In this document: in pieces, positions 47,901-60,029 of the stretch
Layout: every line of letters begins with the position of its first letter
Numbering within the stretch: position 1 is the stretch's first letter
Assembly (NCBI GenBank): GCA_002269645.1
Contig: NIVC01003568.1
Location: 26,839-90,838, forward strand
DNA length: 64,000 bases
Reading direction: 5' to 3'
DNA from: Macrostomum lignano
Taxonomy: Eukaryota
The notes under the pieces: generated by a model
What the model saw: only the letters and a program-made list of their open reading frames with translations
Told to the model about the DNA's origin: nothing
Database searches by the model: none
Program-made: the position numbers and the translations under genes

Positions 47901-48544
47901 CGCAATTCTCCTACCCTCTAGTCGCTTCTCGATCATATTCAGTCTTTTATCCAGCTCCGTCCTGAAGTTTTCCATTTTGAAGGCTCGGTTGAACTGTTCG
48001 CCCACTTTGCTGAGAACTGCGGTGAGCGCCTGCACCTCGGACTCGGTATCCGCTGGTTTCGTGACGCTGACGGTGTAAGGGGAGCTGCGAGGGGGGGGGG
48101 GCAGTACACGTGTTTCTTTCTTAATAGGCAAGTGAGATTATTGTTCGATGGTACCACATAAACCTTTGATGCACCGAATCTAATCACTACAACAGAGATT
48201 TCAACAGCACTGCCAGTCTGTCGGTCAACTCACTCGACGGAATTCTGCGGCATGGATGGCACGATTGGCACGTGGCAGCCGTTACGCGATTTCAACGATA
48301 TCTTCGAGGCCCTGCGGACCTGCGCAACCTGGCAGATTAGGTCGTGGATGTCCTGCGAGGAGCTGTGCGGGCTGAACAGGATCTGCAGAATCCGGGCGGG
48401 ACGGAACATGTGACTCAATATGTGACTCAATATGTAAAAGTGAGAATCGATACTTTTAAATAAACAGGAACCAGGACTAACCGTCTCTGAGTGACCATTT
48501 ACATCCAAGTAGATGTAGCGAGTGCTGCTGGCTCCGTTGCCCAT
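44936..48544 (-). CDS. PDE9A: cGMP-specific phosphodiesterase, PDE9A-like, multi-exon
   Basis: MGNGASS start; [10 protein letters not shown]; [13 protein letters not shown]; NPFHNFRHC; [37 protein letters not shown]; ILATDMARH; KCCDISNE; [19 protein letters not shown]. The stop is inferred at 44936-44938. One internal junction (~47.4-47.7 kb) is unresolved. Confidence 0.93.
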
Positions 48545-49562
48545 GTCTGCTTACAGTTGCAATCGCTTACGGTGAAAATTCCCTCTAGGATTTGTACAAT
48601 AAACTCAGTTCACTTATCGACTCTCGAACAGCTCCCGTTTCTTGTAAGATTCTTTCACCTCAGCTAAAAAACAAGTCGATTTTCTCGGCCGGCCCGATGA
48701 AAGCAGAGAGAAAGAAAAAGACTGCGAGCGGGCAACGCCTTAATGAAGACACGCTGCTCAGTGTCGAATTACTATGGGCGTTCATGTGCTCGGCTCCTGT
48801 CTCTCGTCCCCTCTTTCTGTTCACCATCAACGACCAGTCACGTTCCAGATCGCCTAATCTCCCTTTTTACAGTTTCTTCCCCCACTGCCTGCTCATAGCT
48901 TATTCTGCTTTAACTTCCCCGAGTTCCAGTCTCCTGCTCGAGCCTGTCTGACTCCGACCAATCAGCCGATTTCATGTCATGAACGTTCGAGTAATAATCG
49001 CACTAGCTAATGGGACTTACCGCCTAGTAATCCTTCTGCGCCTCCGTTAGAATCGAGAAGAGATTTTTCTCGATGTCGTCTCAGTCTCACCTCATACTCG
49101 CACTCGCAACGCACTGCATATGGGCTTACCTCTTTTTCGCTTCGTTCCTTTTTTTACAGTAAGAAGTAAGAGCACTGGTCACAGCTTTCCTTTCCCTTAC
49201 TCGCCGAGTTGAAACGAAGGGGTTAATTAAAAGCTCTCTGTTCCCATGTGCTTGCCCGAAGCTTCCCATTTAATTGGAGGTCGTGTCTTCCTTTGTAGAC
49301 GAAATCCACGAGTTTCCCTTTATAGTGCATCACCTGACCAGCGACATATCTTTCCACAACAACAGTGTGTGTATCCTGTCCAAAACCCGTTTAACCAAGA
49401 GAAATTCGCGTGTCTTTGCTTATGTTGTGCATTTTGCCTCAAACAAGCCACGATAACATGATACTCTTTCACACGATATATTTTGGACAAAAGTAACATT
49501 AAGAAGAATACATACAAGGTTCCAATTAGTATAGGAGGATAACTAATGCCTAATCTGTCATG

Positions 49563-49675
49563 CCGTGTAGCACTCCGTGTAGCACTCCGTGTAGCACTCC
49601 GTGTAGCACTCCATGTAGCACTCCGTGTAGCACTCCGTGTAGCACTCCGTGTAGCACTCCGTGTAGTACTCCGCG
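49563..49675. repeat. 12-bp tandem repeat (ccgtgtagcact)n
   Basis: About 9 units. Confidence 0.9.
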
Positions 49676-51189
49676 TGTACGCATGCATTAACTAATATAG
49701 TTATCATGGTTTAGCGCTAAATTCCTTTTGGAGATCACTTAACAGTATATTATAGCACGAGCATTTTACGATTATTACTCGTAATTAGGCTGGATTAAAG
49801 CCAGCGAATGCCTTAAGAAGAATTCTATCAAGAGATCAAGAGATTAAAAGCAGAGTTCAGTTTTTGACGCAATTCTTTATATTATTATAATTTAATTTCA
49901 TTTGACGTAATTCCTTTTTACAAATACTAGTCTATTTGCCTTAAATAATCGTACATGAAATTGCACTCCCGCACTCTTCTACTCCCAAGAATGTCAGTAT
50001 AGCGATGAAACAGCCTTCGAACAAGTCAAGCGATGAGAGTCAGTCTCGATCCAGTAAACCCTCTCTGCTGCGCGTCTGCTGGTCCCAACTGGCTTGGCGC
50101 TTTGCCGAGAAAAGTCTCAAGTCAAAAAAATTCTAACAAGAGCCGAGAAATAGTTGTTATGTCGCTAGTAGTTGGGGCCTTCTTGACAGGCAGTCGTGTG
50201 CCATTGATTGTGCCACATTGTGCCTTTACTTCTTCGATTCTTGCTTTACTCTGTCAGAGCTTTGTTCTAAGACTTGTCACCTGCTAAAATAAAAATGAGG
50301 GTCCATTTAAAGGACTGGGTAGGAGAAATAATAACCCATTTATTTTCAAGTTGCCAGATTATTCAATATTCAGGTCACAGATTAATTCAGCCGACTTCTT
50401 TTTTTAAATGACGACGTTTGAAATAAGACAGCTCGTTTCTAAGAAAAAACGCTCATTTTCTCCGAAATCGAAAGACCTTTTTGTTTTAGGTCTTTTAGAT
50501 TTTTAGACAGCAAAAGTTTTTTTAAGTTTTCTTCTACTTTTCTTCTACTAGTCTTAGTCTTTATGATGACTAAGAAATTTCATGATTACTGTTAGTGTTT
50601 AGCGTTCTGTCTTAGTTTATAGATGGATATTCGCGTTTATTGTGTTTCTTTTGACTTTTATCTCGTATTTTTTGTGTTTCTAAAGACCCTATCTTTTCAA
50701 GGCCCTGGTCAATAACAGTAACGGTAACAGTAACAGTAACGGGACAGTACTGTAACTTACTGGCCACAGAGATTGAGAGATTTAAGAGATCCATTTAAAT
50801 TAATATTTTGACTTGCCAGCTAGCTTCCTAATGTAATGGCTTAGGCTAAGTCAATACTTTTTGCATCAACTGTCTAATTGATAATCTGCAATACTGCTCC
50901 ACAATATGTTAATGTCACATGGATTTATAAAGAAGTAATTTAGTTTGAAAAATTGAATTTTGCCCTATTTATTACTTCGTCTTCAACTATGTTGAAATAA
51001 AAGGTAGGCCCCTAAAAGAAAAATAATAATACAGAGTATATTTAAGATCATATCTCATATATTTATATACTTAAAATTTCTAATATTTATTTAGAACAAC
51101 TGGTATATATACTTAGCATGCAATTTTAGTATATGGAAATAAGCATATTTAAAAGATCTTAGAATTTCCTTTGGTATTGGCCTTAACAA

Positions 51190-51382
51190 CTGGCCTTCTC
51201 AACCTTTTTTCAGGCGACCCTAATTTATTCATTTGCATCATTTTACAATGTTCCCGAGCCCTATTATAGTCAAAATAATGCATCATTAAGTATGACATAC
51301 TCACATTTATTAGTCGCTGCAACCCCCAGAAAATGGTCATGCAATCCCACTAGGGATTGCAACCCATAGGTTGAGAAACACT
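51190..51382. mobile_element. Degenerate hAT-Charlie-like MITE
   Basis: The right end ggttgagaaacactg matches a CAGTGTTTCTCAACC-type TIR; the left end ctggccttctcaacc is degenerate. No clear TSD. Confidence 0.4.
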
Positions 51383-52920
51383 GACCTATAACATACTATA
51401 TTCCAAATCATATAGATAGTATATGTCACAGATCATTATCCAAGGTATATGCCTAAACAAAAATTGAATAGGCCCCCTAATTACAAATGCATGCCAAGAA
51501 AATTGTGTGCACATCTATTCCCAAAATTATGCCAGTGTTGTGACAATAAATAAAATAAATATTAAATGACCTTTTTATATTGTGACCATAGGCTAATTGA
51601 CCTTTTTGTATTGCATAAAAAACCTTTTTGGTAGATAATTTAGTTGATTTTTATGCTTTTTTAGTAGTACTATTCATAGTAAAAAATCTATATATAAAGA
51701 TTTATTAGAATGCCTTATTGCAAGCTTAAAAAACCAAAAAAAACTTGTAATTTACACTTAAAAATGAACTTTTTTCATCTTTTTTTCTAATTAGGCCTAA
51801 CATTAACTCTTTAGCATGATTTTATAAAGTGCACATCAGATGTGCATGCATATTGTTTTCTTTGGAGTGATGCATGCCAAATATGCACACTTACTTTTGG
51901 TATGCAAGGCAAATGCATGCCCAAATTTTTATATGTATACTACATGATCTGTAGTGTATGGTATGCATGTATACTATTTTCTTAAGAATGATATACACCA
52001 ACTGTGCATGCCTATTCTGTCATACAAGGCCAATGCACACCTAAATTTTTAGGCATATATTACATGATCCATAGTGTAGAGTATATATCCAAAAATATTT
52101 GGTGTGTATTGGCCTTGCATGCCAAAAGTTAGATGTATACAGCTGGCATGTAAGACTCTTAAGAAAATAGTGTGCATGCATTCCTGGCATGCAAAGCATA
52201 GAATCACACAGAAGAATTAGTGTTAAGTAGAAAAAAAGATTTAAAAAAGCATTAATTTAAAGCTTTCTAGTTTTTAAGGTTGTAATATACCATTTAGACA
52301 AATGTTTATATGTATCAGTTTTCACTATAAATATTAAATAGTAAAGGCAAAAAGAAATCTTGACTAATAAAAATATAAAATCAGCCAAAAAGGGTCCTTT
52401 AGGCAATGCAAAAAAGGTCATTTATTATTGTAATATTGGCATAGATTTAAGAGTGTGGGTGTGCACTTAAAGTTTTTTGGCATGTATTTGTAACCTTTCA
52501 ATTTTTGTTTGAGCATACACCCTGAATGATCCAGACCATGGATAACATATAAATAAGAAAACATAAAGTTTAATTTATTTACATTTATACAAACCTTTAG
52601 TTTTATATAAGGTATAATAGTAATGTATTATTTGTATTCCAAAATGTATAGTTATATTTGTTTAACAATAATAGAAATCAAAAAAATAATTACTTAATCA
52701 CTAAAATAATCTTTATCAATCTTAATAATCATTTATTTAATGCCAATAAGCTTCTCAATTCCTATTTTAAAAAATTCTAGTATTTTGGCCAAAAAATAGA
52801 TTATAAACAAAATTTCTACTTTTGCTATAAAATAATGCTAGGCCTTATAAATTTTTAAACTGATGCTATAGTTAGAAAGCTGGCATAGTATATATAAAAC
52901 TTTTGGAAGATAATCTATGT

Positions 52921-53217
52921 CATACATGCGCAACAGTCGGCCGAGTCGGCCGATCCGGCCGACTGATTTGGCAGCCAACCAAGGAAGTCGCAAAAATGCC
53001 CACCCAAAAAATACCCACGCAGTAGTACTAAGTAGCTGACGAGGCATTTTTGCCTGATAAGACAGTCATAGTTACTCCCGCCGTTTACCCAAAGTTGCGT
53101 TAATTTTGCTTTAGGGTTTTTTTACATGTAAGTCGCATTTTTGGCCAAAAACTACGTCGCATTTTTGTTAAAACTAAGTCGCACAGCCGACCGAATTTTG
53201 GACGTTGCGCATGTATG
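52921..53217 (-). mobile_element. 297-bp MITE (hAT/P-type ends) carrying a 28S rRNA-derived segment, copy 1
   Basis: 14-bp perfect TIR CATACATGCGCAAC; 8-bp TSD ATCTATGT (52913-52920, 53218-53225); subterminal tgcgact repeats. 53090-53027 matches 28S GGGTAAACGGCGGGAGTAACTATGAC...AAATGCCTCGTCATCTAATTAGT at 53/64. Confidence 0.9.
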
Positions 53218-54189
53218 ATCTATGTACTATCTATATGCTATTCCTATGTTGTAGGCCTAACTTATAAAACTGTCAACTAGATCTTTTGGTTAATATTATC
53301 TCATTAAAGACTGTGCCTAATAAAGCTTAGGTTTAGGTTAAAAATAAAGACATTTAAAACAAATAAATGTATTGCCAAGTGTAAAAAATGTGCAAAATAT
53401 ATTGTACTTAAAACGCATTCTATTTGCCCTAGAACTTTATAGAATTTTAATACTTTTTAGTTTTGAATAACTAGTAATTTTGTACAATGTCAATATTAAT
53501 TTTTTTGTTTTATACTTTACTAATAAATTATCAGTATTATTTACTTTTATTTTGTTTAAAAAAACCCTACTAAAAACTACCTATAATAAAAGTATATATT
53601 CATTGAAATATCCCAATATAGTCTATAAACATATATAGTCTATAGAAATTAACATTTGGAAATGCAAGTTAGACTAACAAAAATTACATGTTTTTAGTTA
53701 GTTTCATCAAAAAGTTGTGTGCTGCATACACAAGAGATCTTTAAGCTATGATGTGATTATTGATTATGTGTCTAATGTATCAGGGACCCTTTGTGTATAT
53801 TATGATTATACTCTGAGTGCATTTTTAGCCCTTGTATATTCTTAGAATTTTCTATAGCAATGACCATCTTCTTGAATATAGGACATGTAAGACATTGGCT
53901 AAGCTAGGATAAGGCATTCTATCTCATTTATCTTATAGTCTTAACACATTGTTCCATTCTATTACATTTTATATTGCTTTTATACTAACAAATCTTTCCA
54001 TTCTAATAAAGAACACAAGGCTATTATAATGGTCTATTTTTTAGCTAGGACACTAATTTTTGAATAAAAATTAAGAATCTTGTTGAGCATTGGCAGCTGA
54101 TTGTTATGGCTGATTTAAATTTTTAGTGACTAAGTGCTTGATTTATACTGCTAAGTCAGTGTAATATAGTGAAAGCTTTTTTTGCATCA

Positions 54190-54465
54190 CATACATGCGC
54201 AACCCCCCTGATTTACACTGCCCATGCGACTTACTTTTTTGACCAAATATGCAACTTACCTGTGAAAGAAACCCTAAAGCAAAATTAACGCATTTTGGGT
54301 AAACAGCAGGAGTAACCATAACTGTCTTATCAGGCCTAAATGCCTCGGCATCTAATTAGTACTATGTCTGTATTCTTTGTGGTGGCATTTTTGCGACTTA
54401 CCCCTGGTCCACCACAATTTATGGTGGCCAGATCAGCCAGGTCAGCCAGCAGTTGCGCATGTATG
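54190..54465 (+). mobile_element. 276-bp MITE of the same family, copy 2
   Basis: Same 14-bp TIR; 8-bp TSD TTGCATCA (54182-54189, 54466-54473). 54297-54360 matches the 28S segment at 51/64. Confidence 0.88.
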
Positions 54466-55600
54466 TTGCATCATATATTTTGTATCTATGATAGTCTATA
54501 TAGAATAGAATATTCTGATAGAATAAAGACTGGTATATTTGTGTATTTGCATAATATGCCATGCATAAAAATATAGCTTTTGGTTTATAAATAGTATGAT
54601 CTTGACTCTAGTAATAGGGAGGCCTTAAGAAATATAAAAGCAATATGCTTAGGTATACCTAAGATATACAATAGAGATTGACATGTTCTTTTTTCTACTT
54701 AAAATATTTCTAATATTCTGCCTATTAGAATGGCAGCAAGTCTTTAGAATAATGCAATACAATATTAATTTATCATGCTGCCAATTGCCACCAAGCTAAG
54801 ATTTTGCAGCTTGTCTTTCCTAGTATGTGAATTTTCATGGATAACTATTAATTTGTAATAATCCCTTTGTCTATTGATAGTTTATCTATTGAGTAAATAT
54901 GCAGTTTTTTCTTTTAAAACTGTTTATTTGCTAGCTGAGAAATAAACATAGAGATAGGATAGGTAGATGTTCTATATTACATCATCCTGTTTATAAATAC
55001 AGTGTAATCAAATCTAGTAAAAGAAGCATTGATTTGTAGAATCTAATACTCTTGGTTTATACTTAAACTACATATTTGCTACTACCATTGACTATAATAA
55101 TCATATTGCAAAACTTCTTATTGAGTGCTTATATACTATTTATAAAGGACACAGATATTGCATAGAAAAATCGTTCAAAACAATTAATTGCTATTTTAAC
55201 CTATAGCTTTTTAATTATTTTTGTTCTGCTATTTTGACTAACTGGCATTAGTCAGTTAAGGAAACTTATTAAATTGTTTTACTTCATACACATGTATTTA
55301 TTTAGAAAGCATTTTTATTATTTAAGTTTTAGAAAGCATAAATACTTTAATGAGAATTGAGAATTGTTGATCTGGCTAATACACAAAAATTATTTGCAGA
55401 TAGTAGTCTTCAGAAAATCAGTACAAAAGAGTTTATATAAAAGTGGTCTAGGTTGTATTGGGATACATTAAAATTGTCTACAAGAAAAAAACTTTTCAAC
55501 TTGAAATTACTGTTGTTCTTGACTGTTACATAAGACATTTCATCTGCTGCTTCTTATCAACACTCGAGCCTTATTATTTGTCCAGTAAGAAATCGAGTTT

Positions 55601-58127
55601 CTAATGGATAAATACGCTGGAGAAAGTGTTCCATGCTACAGCAGCAACCAGCGCTGTCGTCATTAGCCACAGCAGGGTGGCATCCGCGATGGAAGCAGCC
55701 CTCGAAGCTTCTACATCCATCGCTGTCATTGCTGTCAGAATGTAAGGGCCTCGCGACGGCTGCTGAGAGCTTTCTTTTTCATTCTCAGTCGACAATTGAC
55801 GCTTTCGTCGGCGCCTAACTGCAGTGCCGCAGGTCTGCAAGCAGCGTTCGTCTGGATCCGTTGGTGTACATATTGTAACATCGCAGAATATGTAGGCCTG
55901 CGTGCTGACAGTTTGGGTGAATGACATGACGGCAAAATTGATGCCTATATTCTTTTCGTCAACTCGGAACACGCTGTTGGCGTCTGTGGCACACTTGTTC
56001 CTCACTACGTAGTAGCTTGCCCCAGTGCCGTCCGACTTGTCGCTGGCCCAGCAGTTGCGCACGGTCAGGCGCACGTTTAATGGGCTGGTCTCGCGTACCC
56101 TGGCGTAGATTCTCGAGCCAACTACTAGCCGATCGCCGGGTGCGATTTCGCTTGAGAAGCCTCTGGCATTGTACGATCTGTAGAGCTTGACCTTTATTAA
56201 TTTGGAGTAAAGAATGATTGAAAATTTCTTAGCTAGACGTGGCCTACTGTCAAATAACCTTGTGAACAAATCTTGACTAATCTGGCTGATTCCTTATCAC
56301 CGACCTACTTACAGGTCCCAATTTTCGAAGCATGGTTTGCGACTCAACGCTTACAGTTTCTGCTTAAATGCGCAATTTCATTCTTATTGTGAATTTTCAT
56401 ATTACTAGACCGGATAAGCTACAGTTCTTTCCAATTTCGCAAATTGGAAGATTTTTGACTTGACGAATTAGCAAGTAATCCTTGAACTGAATTTAGTTCT
56501 GCAATCAACGTCGCATGCCTACCTCTGATGTGTAACTATCGCCTCCCGTTATTGGTGGGGCCGTCCTAGCGTCCGGTAGCAATGCTGCTGTCACTTCCTT
56601 GAGCTTTGGTATCGCGCACTCCACTGGTATAATATAGGGCACATCCACATAGACTCCACTAACAGCGGTAACATTCCTATAGAGCATTGAGGTGTATATA
56701 ACATGCGTAGCATTAGTCGTCTGAACGCTATTGCAGCCAATATAGGGCACAGTTGCCCACACTGTTGTAGAGTTTTCATTTTTTGTAAAATTGCACGTAG
56801 TTTCATTGTACGTTCCGTACAGGCTCAGCAGGCTGGCGGAGGCGACGTCAGTGTATGTGAAGAATACATTCGCAACGTATAGGTGGCACACAACAAACGG
56901 TGCGGGTATTGGCGGTGGTGTTAATGAGATCTGGCTGCACCGAACGCTAACTGCTGTGTTTGGAGTACAGTAGCTAGGCGCTGCGCCCCAGCCGTTGTGC
57001 TTGCAATCGTTGGTGCTGGTAGCGCCAGCGGGGCATTTTAGTCCGGATAGCATCACAGGATAGCTGGCCGCTGTGGTTAGGTATTTGCCAGACATGCCTA
57101 TGGCATTTGCTGTTCTGAAAATTGGAAAGTTTCACTATGTTGTTGCGGCTTGGTTTTGCAAAGCCTAACTTACTAAACAAAGAGTTAACTTACTCATTGC
57201 GGCAGAGCATACGGCAGATGGTGGCCGCCTCGATGGCACTAAATCCAGCTGCGCAAATAGTACCGAAATTATCTCCGCCCAAGCTGCCGTTCTGAATGAG
57301 CACGAGGCCTTCCTCTGGTCCAGGATCGAGCCTAAGACTAGTGATAGTATTGTTGCAATCGATCGGAGCAATTGTGGCAAAGTCGGGCGGCAAAGTTGGA
57401 CCAGGCGTGCTGGTTGTTTGGGTTCCTGTGCAAATAACAGCCGCATCTCTACCGTTTCCTGCACAATCGGGAGGAAATGAAGATACAACATAGCGACAGG
57501 CCGTTTCCAAATTCCAGGTGCTAGTTGATGCTTCCTGTAATCGGTTGCGTTTGCATCAACAATAAAACCAGTTTTTGCCATATCTTGTTATTCGGGTTCC
57601 ACTTTTGTTTGGCTTAATGTGCCATAACATAATGGCTTAATGGTATGCTATAATGGTATGCCATAACAGGTGGCTTAATGCCGCTACTTGTGTCAATGTG
57701 ATTTAAACTTACTAAAAAGTCTGGACAGCCACTAATCGCCATGACCGTGTTCGTGTTGCCAACGGTATACGGTGGAAGATCCACTTTGAGTCCAGTGACT
57801 CCTCTGTATCCGAGCATAGCGCATACCACAGACGCACCATTGTTATCGAAGCCGAGATTGCAGATTCTACCTACTGCTCCCGTTGACATTGTCACTTCAA
57901 CAACTCCGAGGTTGGGTTTCGAGCCGCCAACTAGGCGGACACTGACTGGCCTTTGAGAATTAGCTGTGGATTTCGTGTAGATGTTAGTATTGCTTAGAGT
58001 TTTTTTTCAATTTTTAACTCAAATAGTGAGAAAATGACATTGTGTACTGCAGTTACTCACCGCTAGTAATAAAGAAGCACGAAAGGACCACTAGCTTCAC
58101 AGGAAGCAGCCGCCAAAGCTGTTTCAT
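55601..58127 (-). CDS. SRCR-SRCR-ZP type I membrane protein (DMBT1/CUZD1-like), multi-exon
   Basis: Signal-peptide exon MKQLWRLLPVKLVVLSCFFITS (58127-58061). SRCR motifs VRLVGGSKPNLGVVEV..GRICNLGFDNNGASVVCAMLGY and EEGLVLIQ..GTICAAGFSAIEAATICRML. ZP-N and ZP-C cysteines, furin site RRRRKR, C-terminal hydrophobic segment. Confidence 0.88.
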
Positions 58128-60029
58128 GATCAAAATTCGCTTTCTGATTTCTCGGATTGAATCTTAGCAAACAAAGTTAACAGGTGGTTTAGCATTGACT
58201 TTTCCTGGGCTAATCTTTCTCTGTGACAAACTAGTCTCAGCCAGACTTACGGGCGATTTGTAGAAAAGACTGTCTAGCGTACGTAGACAGAAATTGGGAA
58301 GAGTTGGGGCTGAGGTTGATATACCCTCCCATTCCACGCTTCCTCTCTCTATCACATTCAAAATCCTGCGTCAACACGATAGGCAAACGGTTGCTAATGG
58401 CAACCAAAGTCGACAGCAAAGGCAGACAATTAAGCAGAGGCAAGATGAGGAGAATAATTTTGGGGAGATGTTGAGTCTTGCGACAGGATAAAAATTTCCT
58501 CGCCCTTCTAACCCCATGTGTACAATCCGTGCAGTTCATGGTGTGGGGGCGAGAGAATATTGGCTGAGTGAGTACCTACTTTGGTTCCCTCTTCCCATTT
58601 GCCTCACTGCTCAGGGTGTACTGCAGCAGGCACCCTCTCGCTTCTCTTGGTTGGGCGTCTCTGCATGCGCTGTCAATAGGCAGCCACACCCTTGGTAACT
58701 TTCAAAAACAAGCTCTTCTGATGAGTCAGTTAGCCTATAATGAGGCTTGGGAAGCGGACTTGGCTTAGTCTTAGTGCTCTATCTCTGTCTGCTGTGCTTG
58801 TTTCTCCTCAGCTACCATCTCCTGCATTCATTCTCTGCCTCTCTCCCTCCCTCTGTCAGTGTTGTGTCGGAACTGCCTCGCATCGTGCCGTTTCGGACTG
58901 GCTTGTTTATTCATTTTTTCTGTCTCTCTCCCTCTCCGCTGCTGCTCTGTATTAGTTTGCTTTGGTCGCGCGGCTGCCTGCGTGCGAAGGAACGGATTGT
59001 GCGCAGCAGAAGGGGTTAGACAGATGCAGACACCGACGCACCCCAACTCCGCCGCACCAAGTCAGCCTCCAATTGAAAAGCAAAATAGGGCGATTGAGAG
59101 GACGGTGAGGCGCGACGCAAAGAAAAAATGGCTAAAAAACAAGCCAGGGACCACATGCAAGAGCTGTTTAGACGTTCCATTCTTTCTCGCTTTCGTCTTA
59201 TTTCACCTTATTTACAATTATAATAAGGCGCGCTCGGTCAGTCCAACTGCGTCGTGTTTGAAACACAATAATTACTCTGTTAAGCTTTTAAAGTAAGATA
59301 ATTTGCTTTAACTCTTTTTTGCGCAAGGAACTTTATTATTGCCGAGGTAAGGTTGTCATGGAGATTGATTTATTTTTCTTTTGTTTACTCGTTGATTAGG
59401 CAAAGCTACGTTTTCATGACTAGTTAAAATAAGTCAGGTTGAGAGTTTTAATTTTCGATTTTTTTCTTATTGGCCTTGTTATCACCATGTTTACTCCATT
59501 AATGTTTTTGTAGCTTTTATCGATTATTTATTTCATTATTTTGTCAGACCTTTGACCTGTGAAGTGCCAAAATTGAAGAAAATAGTATAGTGTCTTTCAG
59601 TGTTTTAAATATTTTTGCCATCTAATAAGTTAAAGTCTAGAAATGATTAACACAAATGCTGTAGTTGTTGTCAAGGCAATAGTTTAAGGTGAAAAAATGT
59701 CTAAAGCATGTATAGGTAAACTTAAGCAGTCTATATTTATTCCTTTCTATTTGTTGAACATTTTTGTGCACAAGCACTCATTAAGTTCGCCATAACCCAC
59801 GGCGCATTAAAAACGGGGTTTTCAGTCACTGTCTGGGCACACACATGATGCAGTTGTGTACGTGTACTCAAAATTCCACCCGACTATTATTGTAGCTATT
59901 TTTCTCTTCCATTGTTGGTCACTCACTAACAGTCCGACTATTTTTTCTTTACTGTTTATCTACTAGACCAGATTTTGTGTACTAAATAAAAACTTTAGAT
60001 ATAGAATACTATAATTGTATGATATTATA

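Noticed and set aside
53027-53090. A real rRNA gene or rDNA contamination
   Set aside because: Only 64 nt match, embedded in a TIR/TSD-bounded element with non-rRNA flanks.
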